From: Candidatus Saccharimonadota bacterium
GTDB lineage: Bacteria; Pseudomonadota; Gammaproteobacteria; Enterobacterales; Enterobacteriaceae
DNA: 32,000 nt
NCBI RefSeq assembly: GCF_012562765.1
Contig: NZ_CP046226.1
Span: 420,001-452,000 of the forward strand
Direction: 5' to 3'
The notes below the pieces were generated by a model that saw only the letters and a program-made list of their open reading frames with translations, was not told where the DNA came from and made no database searches. Positions 1 through 10,503 of this stretch are shown here, in pieces. The position numbers and the translations under genes were made by a program. Every line of letters begins with the position of its first letter. Position 1 is the stretch's first letter.

Positions 1-593
1 TTAGTTTTAGATAAAAAATAAAATTCATTTTCGGTTGCTCTTGCAGGAAAATCTTTCCGTAATGGATAACCATTATTCCAATTATATGGTAAAAGAATAT
101 GAGATAAATGAGGATGATTAATAAAATTAATACCAAACATTTCCCATATTTCTCTTTCATACCAATTAGCATTAGTAAAGTATTTTGTTATACTATCAAT
201 AGATAAATTATTTTTTATTAATGGAACTTTAATTATTATATCAATATTTCTATTAATTGAAATCAAATGATAAAATAAAGAAAAATCCATTTTTAATATT
301 AAATTAAATTTATTATGATGAAGTCTTTCATCTACACCATGAAGATCATACAACATATTATATGGATTATGAATATTATATAAAAATTTTATAAAATGTA
401 TTAAATTTTTTTTTTTTATCCAGATTATTAATGGCATATTTACATTTTTATTATTTTGTATTAAAAAATTTTTTGATCCAAAATAATTATCTAATTTATT
501 AATTATTAAATCATTTGATTTATTAGTTAATGATGGAGAATGAATATTATTTATTACAATTTTTGGTTCTAAATTATTATTAAAATTATTCAT
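1..593 (-). CDS. nuoC: NADH-quinone oxidoreductase subunit C (N-terminal part of NuoC or NuoCD). The 3' end runs off the window.
   Basis: Not in the ORF track because it is truncated by the window edge. Hand translation from the ATG at 593-591 gives MNNFNNNLEPKIV...LYDLHGVDERL...FYHLISINRNIDIIIKV...NANWYEREIWEMFGINF...GYPLRKDFPARATENEF. This matches the E. coli NuoC motifs FDLHGMDERL, FYHLISIDRN, NANWYERETWDLFGI and GHPLRKDYPARATE. It lies directly downstream of nuoA-nuoB. Confidence 0.85.
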   Translation of the reverse strand, partial: MNNFNNNLEPKIVINNIHSPSLTNKSNDLIINKLDNYFGSKNFLIQNNKNVNMPLIIWIKKKNLIHFIKFLYNIHNPYNMLYDLHGVDERLHHNKFNLILKMDFSLFYHLISINRNIDIIIKVPLIKNNLSIDSITKYFTNANWYEREIWEMFGINFINHPHLSHILLPYNWNNGYPLRKDFPARATENEFYFLSKT

Positions 594-659
594 AAATATT
601 CTATTCCTATTTAAATATAATAGTAAAATTACTATTTCAATGATTAATGAATAATTTAA

Positions 660-1325
660 TTAAATTTTATCAGGATAACGTAATTTTATATTTTTTTTTG
701 TATATATTTTTTTTTGTGATGACATTTTGGGTTTATATATTCCTTGATCACCCATTATCCAAGATAATGGACGTATTTCATTGCTAATAGATTTTTGTAA
801 TAATAATAAAGCTTGAATATAAGCTTCTGGTCTAGGAGGACAACCTGGGATATAAATATCTACAGGTAAAAATTTATCTACTCCTTGAACTACAGAATAT
901 ATATCATACATACCACCAGAATTAGCACATGAACCCATAGAAATTACCCATTTAGGTTCTAACATTTGATCATATAATCTTTGTATTATAGGTGCCATTT
1001 TAAGAAAACATGTTCCAGCTATAACCATAAAATCAGCTTGTCTAGGAGATGCTCTTAAAACTTCTGATCCAAAACGAGATATATCATTTATAGATGTAAA
1101 TGATGTTGTCATTTCCACATAACAACAAGAAAGACCAAAATTATATGGCCATAAAGAATTTTTTCTTCCCCAATTAATAATTTTATGAGTTATTTTTTTT
1201 AAATTTCCTAAAAATATATTTTCATAAACTTGATCTTTAATAGGATTATTATTAATATTTTTTGTTTCTTCTAATGGATATATTTTTTTATTATCAATAT
1301 TTACTTTAGTAAGAGTATATTTCAT
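660..1325 (-). CDS. nuoB: NADH-quinone oxidoreductase subunit B
   Basis: 221 aa. Motifs [42 protein letters not shown] and [10 protein letters not shown] (Fe-S ligand cysteines) are typical of NuoB. nuoA-B-C order is kept. Confidence 0.95.
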   Translation of the reverse strand: MKYTLTKVNIDNKKIYPLEETKNINNNPIKDQVYENIFLGNLKKITHKIINWGRKNSLWPYNFGLSCCYVEMTTSFTSINDISRFGSEVLRASPRQADFMVIAGTCFLKMAPIIQRLYDQMLEPKWVISMGSCANSGGMYDIYSVVQGVDKFLPVDIYIPGCPPRPEAYIQALLLLQKSISNEIRPLSWIMGDQGIYKPKMSSQKKIYTKKNIKLRYPDKI

Positions 1326-1358
1326 AATATAATATTTATTTTATATTTTAATAATGAA

Positions 1359-1745
1359 TTAAAAATATTTTTTAGATCTCCAATTTAAAGCATGTACTCT
1401 AAATAAATAAAATAAACTAATTAAAATTGTTATTATAAATAATAACCCTTCTATAAATCCTTCTAATTTAATTTTTTTAATAGAAACAGACCATATATAT
1501 AAATATAATGCTTCAACATCAAAAATCACAAAAAACATAGCTATTAAATAAAATTTAATAAAAATTTTTATTTGAGAATTACCAAAAGAACAAGTACCTG
1601 ATTCAAATGGTATATTTTTGTCTATTCCATAAGATCGACCTCCTAAAAAATGTGATACTAACATAACAATACAGCTAATTATAATAGCAAATATTTGAAA
1701 TACATAAAAAGATAAGTAATTAAAATTATAATGTGTATCAAACAT
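1359..1745 (-). CDS. nuoA: NADH-quinone oxidoreductase subunit A
   Basis: 128 aa membrane protein. PFESG...[20 protein letters not shown] matches the conserved NuoA core (E. coli VPFESG...[20 protein letters not shown]). It is the first gene of the nuo cluster. Confidence 0.9.
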   Translation of the reverse strand: [128 protein letters not shown]

Positions 1746-1886
1746 AATTAATATTTTTATAATTAAAATTTATTTATTCATAATATAGTAAGTAAATATA
1801 ATATGTAAATACATTCATCATTTATATTTTAAAATAATATTAAAAATTATATTATTTATATTAAATATATAAAAAATAATAAATTA

Positions 1887-3182
1887 TTAAATATAATTAT
1901 TTATTAAAAATGATTTAAAATAAGAAAAATTATTTGGAAAATTATAAGATAAATTTTCTTTTTTTATGTAATAAGTTAATTTTTTTGGTACATTAATTGT
2001 AATGTTTAAAACTTCATTTATATATTTTTGAAATTTTGCTGGATGTGCAGTACCTAAAAAAATTCCAAATTCTTTTTTATTTGTTATTTTTGATTCTAAA
2101 GCATGATATGCTATTGCAGAATGTGGTTCTGTAATATATTTATATTTATTGTATAATTTTAATATAGATTGTTCAGTAAGATAATCTGATGTAGATTGAG
2201 AAAATAATTGATTTAAATTCCAATTATTTATTTGAAATAATTCTATTATACGAGGCCAGTTATTAGGACAACTAACGTCCATAGAATTAGATAATGTTGC
2301 AATAGTTTTTTGAGGATCCCAAATACCATTTTTAAGATATCTAGGAACTGTATCATTAGAATTAGTAGCTGCTATAAATTTTTTTATAGGTAATCCCATT
2401 GATTTAGCTATTAATCCAGCGGTTAAATTACCAAAATTTCCACTAGGAACAGAAATAATAACATTATTTCTGTTATCTGGTAATATTTGAGCAAAAACTT
2501 CAAAGTAATAACATATTTGAGCTATTAATCTACTAATATTAATTGAATTTGCAGAATTAAGAATAAAATTTTTTCTTAAAGTCATATCTTCAAATGATTG
2601 TTTAACTAATTTTTGACAATCGTCAAAATCTCCTTCAATAGAAATTGTTTTAATATTTTTACCTAAAGTACAAAATAATTTTTCTTGTAAAACAGATATT
2701 TTATTTTTCGGATATAAAATTATTACTTCAATATTATCAATATTATAAAAAGCATGAGCAACTGCAGCTCCTGTATCTCCAGATGTAGCAGTTAAAATAA
2801 TAATTTTTTCTTGTTTATTAAAATAATGTAACATTTGAGACATAAAACGAACTCCAAAATCTTTAAAAGATAAAGTAGGTCCATGAAATAATTCTAAACA
2901 AGAAATATTATTTGTAATATTAATTAATTTTAATGGAAAATTAAATGCTTTAGAAATATTTTTTGTTAGATTTTCTAAAGAAATTTCATTTTTAATAAAT
3001 AAAGATATAATATAACTACTACGATTAATAAAATCCATATCTAATATTTTATTAATATTTTTTAAATTAATTTTAGGTATAAAAATAGGAAAAAATAATC
3101 CTTGATTTTTTCCTAATCCTATTTTTAAAGCTTTTTCAAAATTTATTATTTCATTATGATTATTTATATTATAAAATTTCAT
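1887..3182 (-). CDS. thrC: threonine synthase
   Basis: 431 aa. Contains the PLP-lysine motif region HGPTLSFKDFG and GDTGAA. It is the last gene of a thrA-thrB-thrC operon and overlaps the thrB stop by 4 nt (ATGA at 3179-3182). Confidence 0.95.
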   Translation of the reverse strand: MKFYNINNHNEIINFEKALKIGLGKNQGLFFPIFIPKINLKNINKILDMDFINRSSYIISLFIKNEISLENLTKNISKAFNFPLKLINITNNISCLELFHGPTLSFKDFGVRFMSQMLHYFNKQEKIIILTATSGDTGAAVAHAFYNIDNIEVIILYPKNKISVLQEKLFCTLGKNIKTISIEGDFDDCQKLVKQSFEDMTLRKNFILNSANSINISRLIAQICYYFEVFAQILPDNRNNVIISVPSGNFGNLTAGLIAKSMGLPIKKFIAATNSNDTVPRYLKNGIWDPQKTIATLSNSMDVSCPNNWPRIIELFQINNWNLNQLFSQSTSDYLTEQSILKLYNKYKYITEPHSAIAYHALESKITNKKEFGIFLGTAHPAKFQKYINEVLNITINVPKKLTYYIKKENLSYNFPNNFSYFKSFLINNYI

Positions 3183-4114
3183 TTTTTCTCCAATATTTGT
3201 GCACCTTTTTTATTAACAACACAAATATATACAAAACCTTTATTATTTTTTATATAATTTGTTTTTAACCACTTAACCATCTTTTGTGCAATATTTAAAT
3301 TATTAAATATAGTAAATAATGTTGGTCCTGAACCTGCAATACCATAACTTAAAGATCCTAATTTTTTAGAAATTTGACAAAAATTTTCGAAATTAGGTAA
3401 TAATAATTTTCTATATGGTTCCGCAATAAAATCTTTCATTAATTTTGCTGCAAGTGATTCTTGTTTAGTATGACTTGCATGTATAAATCCAGCTAAATAT
3501 TGACTTTGTTTAATACAAATATTTTTATTATAATATTTAGGAAGTATTTTTCTAGAATTATAAGTTGAAAGTTTTATACCAGGATATGCAATAACCCAAA
3601 ACCAATTTTCAAATACTGGTATATCTTGGATAATTAAATTATCAGTTATTAATATTAATTTAATTCCACCTAAATAACAAGGAGCAACATTATCATAATG
3701 TATATGACCGGATAATGATTTTTCTAATTCACCCATTAAAATTAATAATTCATTATCATTTAAAGGATTATTAAGAAATAAATTCATAGCTTTTAAAAAA
3801 GCTACTATAGAACAAGAACTTGAACCTAAACCTGAAGCTACAGGTACATTTTTTTCTAAAATAATTTTTAATGGTATTATTTTACCTATTTTATTACAAA
3901 ATTTAGACCAACAGTGAAAAATAATATTTTTATAAAAATCCTTAGGTAAATCATTAAAAAAACATCCTTGACTTATTAATATAAATTTTTTAGATGATGT
4001 TATTGATACATAATCTCCTAAAATTCCTCCATCTAATCTAGATAATGCTATACCTAATGAATCAAAACCAACATTAATATTTCCTATAGAAGCAGGAGCA
4101 TAGATTTTTATCAT
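3179..4114 (-). CDS. thrB: homoserine kinase
   Basis: 311 aa. GHMP-kinase motif PVASGLGSSSCSIVA and N-terminus IKIYAPASIGNINVGFD match ThrB. It sits between thrA and thrC. Confidence 0.95.
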   Translation of the reverse strand: MIKIYAPASIGNINVGFDSLGIALSRLDGGILGDYVSITSSKKFILISQGCFFNDLPKDFYKNIIFHCWSKFCNKIGKIIPLKIILEKNVPVASGLGSSSCSIVAFLKAMNLFLNNPLNDNELLILMGELEKSLSGHIHYDNVAPCYLGGIKLILITDNLIIQDIPVFENWFWVIAYPGIKLSTYNSRKILPKYYNKNICIKQSQYLAGFIHASHTKQESLAAKLMKDFIAEPYRKLLLPNFENFCQISKKLGSLSYGIAGSGPTLFTIFNNLNIAQKMVKWLKTNYIKNNKGFVYICVVNKKGAQILEKK

Positions 4115-4135
4115 TACTTTAAATTCCTATTTTTA

Positions 4136-6580
4136 TTAAATAATAATACGTAATAAATCAGCAAATACTCCTGAAGCAGTAACTTTATGTCCAGCTCCAT
4201 AACCTCTTAATACCAAAGGTATTGGTTGATAATAATTGCTATAAAAAACTAAAGCATTTTCACCATTTTTAATTTCATATAAAGGATTTTTTTTATCTAT
4301 TTTTGAAATTTGTACTTTACAATTACCATTTTTATTAATACTTCCTATAAAACGAAGTACTTTATTTTCTTTTTTAGCATCTTGTATTTTTTTTTCAAAA
4401 TTTAAATCTAATTCTGGTAATAAATACATAAATTCTTTAATTGATCTTAAATTATTAAATTTATTAGGAATAATTGATTCTATTTTAATATCATCTAATT
4501 CTATGTTATAACCAATTTCTCTTGCTAAAATAAGAAGTTTTCTAGCAACATCTATTCCTGATAAATCAATACGTGGATCAGGTTCTGTAAAACCCATTTC
4601 TTTTGCCATATATGTAGCTTTAGATAAAGATATACCCTCTTCTAATTTACCAAAAATAAATGAAAGAGAACCAGATAATATTCCTATAAAATTAATTAAT
4701 TTATCTCCTGTATTTATTAAATTTTGTAAATTAGAAATAACTGGTAAACCAGCTCCTACATTAGTTTCATAAAAAAACTTACGATTATTTTCTTTTGCTA
4801 TAATACGTAAATCTTTATAATATTTTATAGAAGATGTATTAGCTTTTTTATTAGTAGCTATTATATGAAATTTATGATTAAAAAAATTAATATATAGATT
4901 AGCAATTTTTTGGGAAGAAGTACAATCTATCATAACAGGATTAATAAACTTATATTGTTTAATATTAGAAATAAATTTTTCTACTGTATAATTATTATGA
5001 GAATTATTTTTTATCTGTAAATTCCAATTTTCTAAATTAATACCATTAGTATTTATTATGGAAGATTTAGAATTAAAAATTCCACAAATTTTTATATTAA
5101 TAAATTTATTTTTTAATAATTTTTGCTGATTATTAATTTGTTCTAATAATGTACTACCTATTCCTCCAATACCAATAATAAATACTTCAATAATTTTTTC
5201 TTTATGAAATAATAATTGATGAGCTATATTCATAATATTATTTGTATAATTATTTTTTATTACTATAGAAATAGAATTTTGAAAAAAATTTTGTGAAATT
5301 GCTAAAATATTTATTTTTGCAATTTTAAAAGCATGTAAATAATTTGTTATTATATTAATATAATTATTAATTTTATCACCAACTAAAGAAATAATAGATA
5401 ATTCAGTTAAAATATATAAAGGATTAATTAATCTATTTTTAAATTCTAAAAAAAAATGATTTTCTAATAATGATCTTAGAAGATTTGTATCTTTTTTAAA
5501 AATATAAAAATAAATACCACATTGAGAAGGTGACTGTATTGTTAATAAAATTGATATACCCGACTTAAAAATAATATCTAATATTTTTGGTATTATAGAT
5601 TGTATTTCTTTAATTTTATTACCAGAAATATAAAACATTACTATATTTTTTTGTTCAGTAATACTTTTTATTAATGGTAAACTATTATTTTTACTTATAA
5701 GTGTTCCTGAAAATTCTGGATTCATTGTATTTTTTATTACACATTGTATCTTATATTTTGAGATAGGATATATCATATTATAATGAATTACTTTAGCTCC
5801 TAGAAAAGCTAATGTTTTAGCTTCATTATAAGATATACATGGTAATAATTTAGCATTTGTTATAAAATTAGGATCAGCAGTATAGATACCATTTACATCA
5901 GTCCAAATCTCAAAATATTTAGCATTTAAACAACATGCTAAAACAGAAGCTGAATAATCAGAACCATTACGTCCTAATAAAACTAATTCATTTTTTTTAT
6001 TAGAAGCAATAAAACCAGCCATTAAAATAATATCAATATTTAATAAATTGATATTTTTTATTCTTTGTGAAGATATATTTATATTAATTTTAGATTCTAA
6101 ATAATTTCCTGTAGCTAATAAATATTTTTCTGGATGTATAATATAAATATTATAATTTTTAGAAATTAATAATTCTTTCATAAAAATAACAGAAAATTTT
6201 TCTCCTTGAGCTAATATTTTAGCATAAACAACATCAGGACAAAAATTTAATAAACTAATACCATTTAATAAATTTTCTAACATAAAAAAAATATCATTTA
6301 TTTTTTTTTTAATATTACTAATATTTAATTTTTTTTCTTTAGAATAAAGTTCTTCAATTAAATTTGAAAAAAAATTTTTTATTTTTATAAAATGTATTTG
6401 AAAATTTTCATTTTTTATAGCTTTTTTTATTATTAATACTAAATAATTAGTAATTGTTGCGGATGCAGATAAAACTATAGCTAGTTTTTCTTTTTTTGAA
6501 TAATGAGAAATAATATTTACTACTATTAAAAATTTTTCTGCATTTGCTAATGATGTTCCACCAAATTTTAATACTCGCAT
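4136..6580 (-). CDS. thrA: bifunctional aspartokinase I / homoserine dehydrogenase I
   Basis: 814 aa (E. coli ThrA, about 820 aa as I recall). N-terminus MRVLKFGGTSLANAEKF, kinase-domain motif GRNGSDYSA, and a C-terminal homoserine dehydrogenase domain (GIGGIGSTLL...GAGLPVI...YGAGHKVTASGVFADLLR). Confidence 0.95.
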   Translation of the reverse strand: MRVLKFGGTSLANAEKFLIVVNIISHYSKKEKLAIVLSASATITNYLVLIIKKAIKNENFQIHFIKIKNFFSNLIEELYSKEKKLNISNIKKKINDIFFMLENLLNGISLLNFCPDVVYAKILAQGEKFSVIFMKELLISKNYNIYIIHPEKYLLATGNYLESKININISSQRIKNINLLNIDIILMAGFIASNKKNELVLLGRNGSDYSASVLACCLNAKYFEIWTDVNGIYTADPNFITNAKLLPCISYNEAKTLAFLGAKVIHYNMIYPISKYKIQCVIKNTMNPEFSGTLISKNNSLPLIKSITEQKNIVMFYISGNKIKEIQSIIPKILDIIFKSGISILLTIQSPSQCGIYFYIFKKDTNLLRSLLENHFFLEFKNRLINPLYILTELSIISLVGDKINNYINIITNYLHAFKIAKINILAISQNFFQNSISIVIKNNYTNNIMNIAHQLLFHKEKIIEVFIIGIGGIGSTLLEQINNQQKLLKNKFINIKICGIFNSKSSIINTNGINLENWNLQIKNNSHNNYTVEKFISNIKQYKFINPVMIDCTSSQKIANLYINFFNHKFHIIATNKKANTSSIKYYKDLRIIAKENNRKFFYETNVGAGLPVISNLQNLINTGDKLINFIGILSGSLSFIFGKLEEGISLSKATYMAKEMGFTEPDPRIDLSGIDVARKLLILAREIGYNIELDDIKIESIIPNKFNNLRSIKEFMYLLPELDLNFEKKIQDAKKENKVLRFIGSINKNGNCKVQISKIDKKNPLYEIKNGENALVFYSNYYQPIPLVLRGYGAGHKVTASGVFADLLRIII

Positions 6581-6987
6581 TTCATTTAACCTACTTTTAA
6601 TATAATAATTATTATTATTTTTAATAATGCCGAATATTTTAAATATTGAAAACTATTATTTTATAATTATCTTAATTATGAAAATTATTTATTTTAAATA
6701 ATAATAAATTCAACAAATATGAATAAATAATCTTTATTATTATAAAATTTAATAATTATTAAAATTATTATTTTTAATTTTGAACAAATAATTTTTATTA
6801 AAAATATATATTTTATATAATAATTTTTTATTTAAAATTAAATAATCTATATTAAAGAATATGATAAATATTTTTTATTTATAAAAAATTATTCTGTTAT
6901 GAATTTTATTAATTATTTTAAAATTTATTAGTATTTTAGATTAATAAAATAAATTATTTTTTTATAAAAATTATTATTTAAAAAAAT

Positions 6988-9252
6988 TTAATTATCTTTT
7001 TCTTTATCTAAAAAAATATTTTTAATTATTTCTTTTTTATTGAAAAAAAAACCTTTATGAATTTTATCTACATAAAATTTTTTTAATTCATTAAATTTTA
7101 ATTTAAATTTTTTATTAATTAATTCAATAAAAATAATTGATTTATTATTAATAATAAATAACCACTTTAATTTATCTTTATTTTGAATAAAATCTTTATT
7201 ATCAATTAATATTAATCTATTACCTTTTCCTTTTGATAATTTTGGTAAAATATTAATAGGAAATAATAAAAATCTACCTACAGAAGATACAGCTAATATC
7301 ATATAATTTTTATTATTAATAACTAAAGGAGGTAAAACTTCAGATTTTTCAGAAAGTATCATTAAAGATTTTCCATTTCTATTACACGCAATTAAATCAC
7401 TAAAATTACATAAAAAACCATATCCAGAACTAGAAGATAATAAAACTTCTTTATGATTTTGTTCCATTAATATACTTTTTATTACAGAACCTTGTGGTAT
7501 TTTTAACTTACTTGATAATGGCTCTCCTTGACTACGTACTGGAGGTAAAGAAATAGTATCAATACTATAGCTACGTCCTTTTGAATCAATTAATACAATT
7601 GTTTGATTTTTTTTTCCTTTAACTGAAATTAAAAAAGAATCTCCAGATTTATAATTTAAATTAATAGGATTAATATTATGACCTTTAGCAGATCTAATCC
7701 AACCCATTTTAGATAAAATAACAGTAATAGGTTCATTATTAGATACTAATAATTCATTTTCATTTAATAATTTAGCTTCTTTACGTTCTTTAAATAAAGA
7801 ACGACGATTATTTGAATATTTATTTATAGTTAATAATATTTCTTTTTTTAATAAATAATTCATTTCATCTTCTGATGATAGTATATTATTAATATGATTA
7901 TATTTTTTTTCTAATTGATATTGTTCATCAATTATTTTTTTTTTTTCCATTAATGAAATAGCTCGTAATTTTAAATTTAGTAAAGTTTCGGTTTGTAGTT
8001 CAGACATTTTAAATTTATTTTGAATTATATAACTAGGATTTAAATTTAAACGAATAATTTTTATTAATTCTTCTAAATTAGCATGAGCTATTAATAAACC
8101 TTTTAAAATATGTAATTTTTTTATTAATTTTTTTAAATGAAAATTTAAACGTTTTTTAACTATATTTTTTCTGAATAATATCCATTCCGATAAAATTTCT
8201 AATAAATTTTTTACAGAAGGTTTGTTATTTAAACCTATCATATTTAAATTAATACGATAACTTTTTTCTAAATCAGTAGTAAAAAATAAATGGTATATAA
8301 TTTGTTCTAATTTTAAATAATTATAATTACTTTTAATAAATATAACAATTCTTGTTGAATTTTCATAATCAGATTCATCTCTTATATCTTCAATCATTGG
8401 TAATTTTTTATTTCTTATTTGTGTAGTTATTTGTTCTATTATACGTATTACTGAAACTTGATATGGTAACGATGTTATTACTATAGAATTATCTTTTATA
8501 TTCCATAAAGATCTTAATCTAATAGATCCTTTTCCATTTTCATATATTTTACGTAATTCTTTTTTAGGAGTAATAATTTCACTTCCTGTAGGAAAGTCTG
8601 GTCCTTGAATAATATTTAATATATCATCTAATGTACTTTTAGGATAATCGATTAATTTAATAATTGCTGTTGCTACTTCTTTAATATTATGAGGTGGAAT
8701 ATCTGTTACCATTCCTACAGCAATACCTATTGCACCATTTAGAATAATATTAGGTAAACAAGCTGGAAGAATTTTAGGTTCTAATAATGAACCATCAAAA
8801 TTAGAAATATACTCAACAGTACCTTGTTCAATTTCATTTAATAATAAATTAGAATAATTTGATAAACGAGATTCTGTATATCTCATTGCAGCAAAAGATT
8901 TAGGATCATCTGGAGAACCCCAATTTCCTTGACCTTCTATTAAAGGATATCTATAGGAAAAAGGTTGAGCCATTAATACCATAGCTTCATAACATGCTAC
9001 ATCCCCATGTGGGTGATATTTTCCAATTACATCTCCAATAGTTCTAGCTGATTTTTTAAATTTAGAAGATGATTTTAATCCTAATTCGGACATAGCATAT
9101 ATAATTCTTCTTTGTACTGGTTTTAAACCATCACCAATATGCGGTAATGCTCTATCTGAAATTACATAAATTGAATAATTTAAATAAGCATTTTCAGCAA
9201 ATTTACATAATTCTATAGATTTTTCTTTTTTTTTCTGAATAATTTTTTTCAT
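6988..9252 (-). CDS. parC: DNA topoisomerase IV subunit A
   Basis: 754 aa. Near-colinear with E. coli ParC as I recall it ([48 protein letters not shown], catalytic-Tyr motif [24 protein letters not shown]). Its length and the lack of the longer GyrA C-terminal region favour ParC over GyrA. Confidence 0.9.
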   Translation of the reverse strand: MKKIIQKKKEKSIELCKFAENAYLNYSIYVISDRALPHIGDGLKPVQRRIIYAMSELGLKSSSKFKKSARTIGDVIGKYHPHGDVACYEAMVLMAQPFSYRYPLIEGQGNWGSPDDPKSFAAMRYTESRLSNYSNLLLNEIEQGTVEYISNFDGSLLEPKILPACLPNIILNGAIGIAVGMVTDIPPHNIKEVATAIIKLIDYPKSTLDDILNIIQGPDFPTGSEIITPKKELRKIYENGKGSIRLRSLWNIKDNSIVITSLPYQVSVIRIIEQITTQIRNKKLPMIEDIRDESDYENSTRIVIFIKSNYNYLKLEQIIYHLFFTTDLEKSYRINLNMIGLNNKPSVKNLLEILSEWILFRKNIVKKRLNFHLKKLIKKLHILKGLLIAHANLEELIKIIRLNLNPSYIIQNKFKMSELQTETLLNLKLRAISLMEKKKIIDEQYQLEKKYNHINNILSSEDEMNYLLKKEILLTINKYSNNRRSLFKERKEAKLLNENELLVSNNEPITVILSKMGWIRSAKGHNINPINLNYKSGDSFLISVKGKKNQTIVLIDSKGRSYSIDTISLPPVRSQGEPLSSKLKIPQGSVIKSILMEQNHKEVLLSSSSGYGFLCNFSDLIACNRNGKSLMILSEKSEVLPPLVINNKNYMILAVSSVGRFLLFPINILPKLSKGKGNRLILIDNKDFIQNKDKLKWLFIINNKSIIFIELINKKFKLKFNELKKFYVDKIHKGFFFNKKEIIKNIFLDKEKDN

Positions 9253-9418
9253 AAATTTTATTTTCTTTATAACATTTATTTTTTAATTTTATCATAAATC
9301 ATATTTAAATTATTTTAATAAATTTAAATATTTATTAAATAAGTATTTACGTATTTTAATATATATATGTTACGTTTATTAAATAACATTACTATTGATA
9401 TTTGAGGTTTATTTTATT

Positions 9419-10486
9419 ATGCAAAAAAAAATTAGTAATAATACTACTAAAAAAAAAAGTTTAATTACTCCTAAAGAATTAAAGAAAAAATTACCTATTA
9501 CTGAAAATATAAAAAAACAAATATTATTTTCACGTAAAACTATATGTAATATAATTAATAAAAAAGATTCTAGAATATTAGTTATTTGTGGTCCTTGTTC
9601 TATACATAATACTAAAGAAGCTTTAGAATATGCCAAATTATTAAAAAAAATTTCTTTAAAATTAAACAAAACTATATATATAGTTATGCGAGTTTATTTT
9701 GAAAAACCACGTACAATTATTGGTTGGAAAGGATTAATTAATGATCCTTATATGAATAATTCTTATGATATTAATACAGGATTATATATTGCACGTAAAT
9801 TATTATTAGAATTAAATAAGTTAGAAATTCCTTTAGCTACAGAAATATTAGATCCTAATACTCCAGAATATTTAAGTGAACTTTTTAGTTGGTCAGCTAT
9901 TGGAGCTCGTACTACTGAATCACAAATTCATAGAGAATTAGCATCTTCATTAGATATGCCTTTAGGATTTAAAAATAATACAGATGGTAGTATTACAACA
10001 GCTATTAATTCTATTCAATCAGCATCTATATCACATAACTTTATTAATATTAACCAAGAAGGATTAGTTTGTTCAATTAAAACTATAGGAAATAAAAATT
10101 GTCATATAATTTTACGTGGAGGAAAAAAAACTAATTATCATGAAAAAGATATAGAATATTGTAGCAAAAAACTTATAAAAGCAGGATTACAATCTAATAT
10201 AATGATAGATTGTAGTCATAGTAATTCAAATAAAAATTTTGAACGTCAAATTATTGTTATTGATTCTATAATTTCTCAAATTCAAAAAGGTAATAACTCT
10301 ATTATAGGAATAATGTTAGAAAGTTATATTAATGAAGGTAATCAAATAATGAATATAAATAATTATAATAAACTAAAATATGGAATATCAATTACAGATG
10401 GTTGTATTAATTGGGAAACTACAGAAAAAATTTTACATAAAATTTATAATAAACTAAATAAGATACTTCCATTACGTTTTTTATAA
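9419..10486 (+). CDS. aroF: 3-deoxy-7-phosphoheptulonate (DAHP) synthase, AroF-like isozyme
   Basis: The ORF track opens at a TTG at 9395. The ATG at 9419 is preferred: GAGG lies at 9404-9407, and the product then starts MQKKISNN like E. coli AroF (MQKDALNN). Motifs: GPCSIH, VMRVYFEKPRT, GWKGLINDP, LPLATE.LDPN, FSWSAIGARTTESQ, IDCSH.NSNK. It sits immediately upstream of tyrA, as in the E. coli aroF-tyrA operon. The isozyme call (F versus G or H) rests on these similarities and on synteny only. Confidence 0.88.
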   Translation: MQKKISNNTTKKKSLITPKELKKKLPITENIKKQILFSRKTICNIINKKDSRILVICGPCSIHNTKEALEYAKLLKKISLKLNKTIYIVMRVYFEKPRTIIGWKGLINDPYMNNSYDINTGLYIARKLLLELNKLEIPLATEILDPNTPEYLSELFSWSAIGARTTESQIHRELASSLDMPLGFKNNTDGSITTAINSIQSASISHNFININQEGLVCSIKTIGNKNCHIILRGGKKTNYHEKDIEYCSKKLIKAGLQSNIMIDCSHSNSNKNFERQIIVIDSIISQIQKGNNSIIGIMLESYINEGNQIMNINNYNKLKYGISITDGCINWETTEKILHKIYNKLNKILPLRFL

Positions 10487-10503
10487 TAAGATATAAAATT
10501 AAT

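Noticed and set aside
6581-6987. A thrL-type leader peptide and attenuator upstream of thrA.
   Set aside because: There is no start codon on the thrA strand followed by a run of Thr/Ile codons. There are also no alternative G+C-containing stem-loops. The region is almost pure A/T.
9409-9669. An 86-aa ORF on the minus strand in the ORF track.
   Set aside because: It lies antisense to the strongly supported aroF gene. The product is low-complexity and Phe/Ile/Leu-rich, as expected from AT-rich antisense frames, and it has no recognisable motif.
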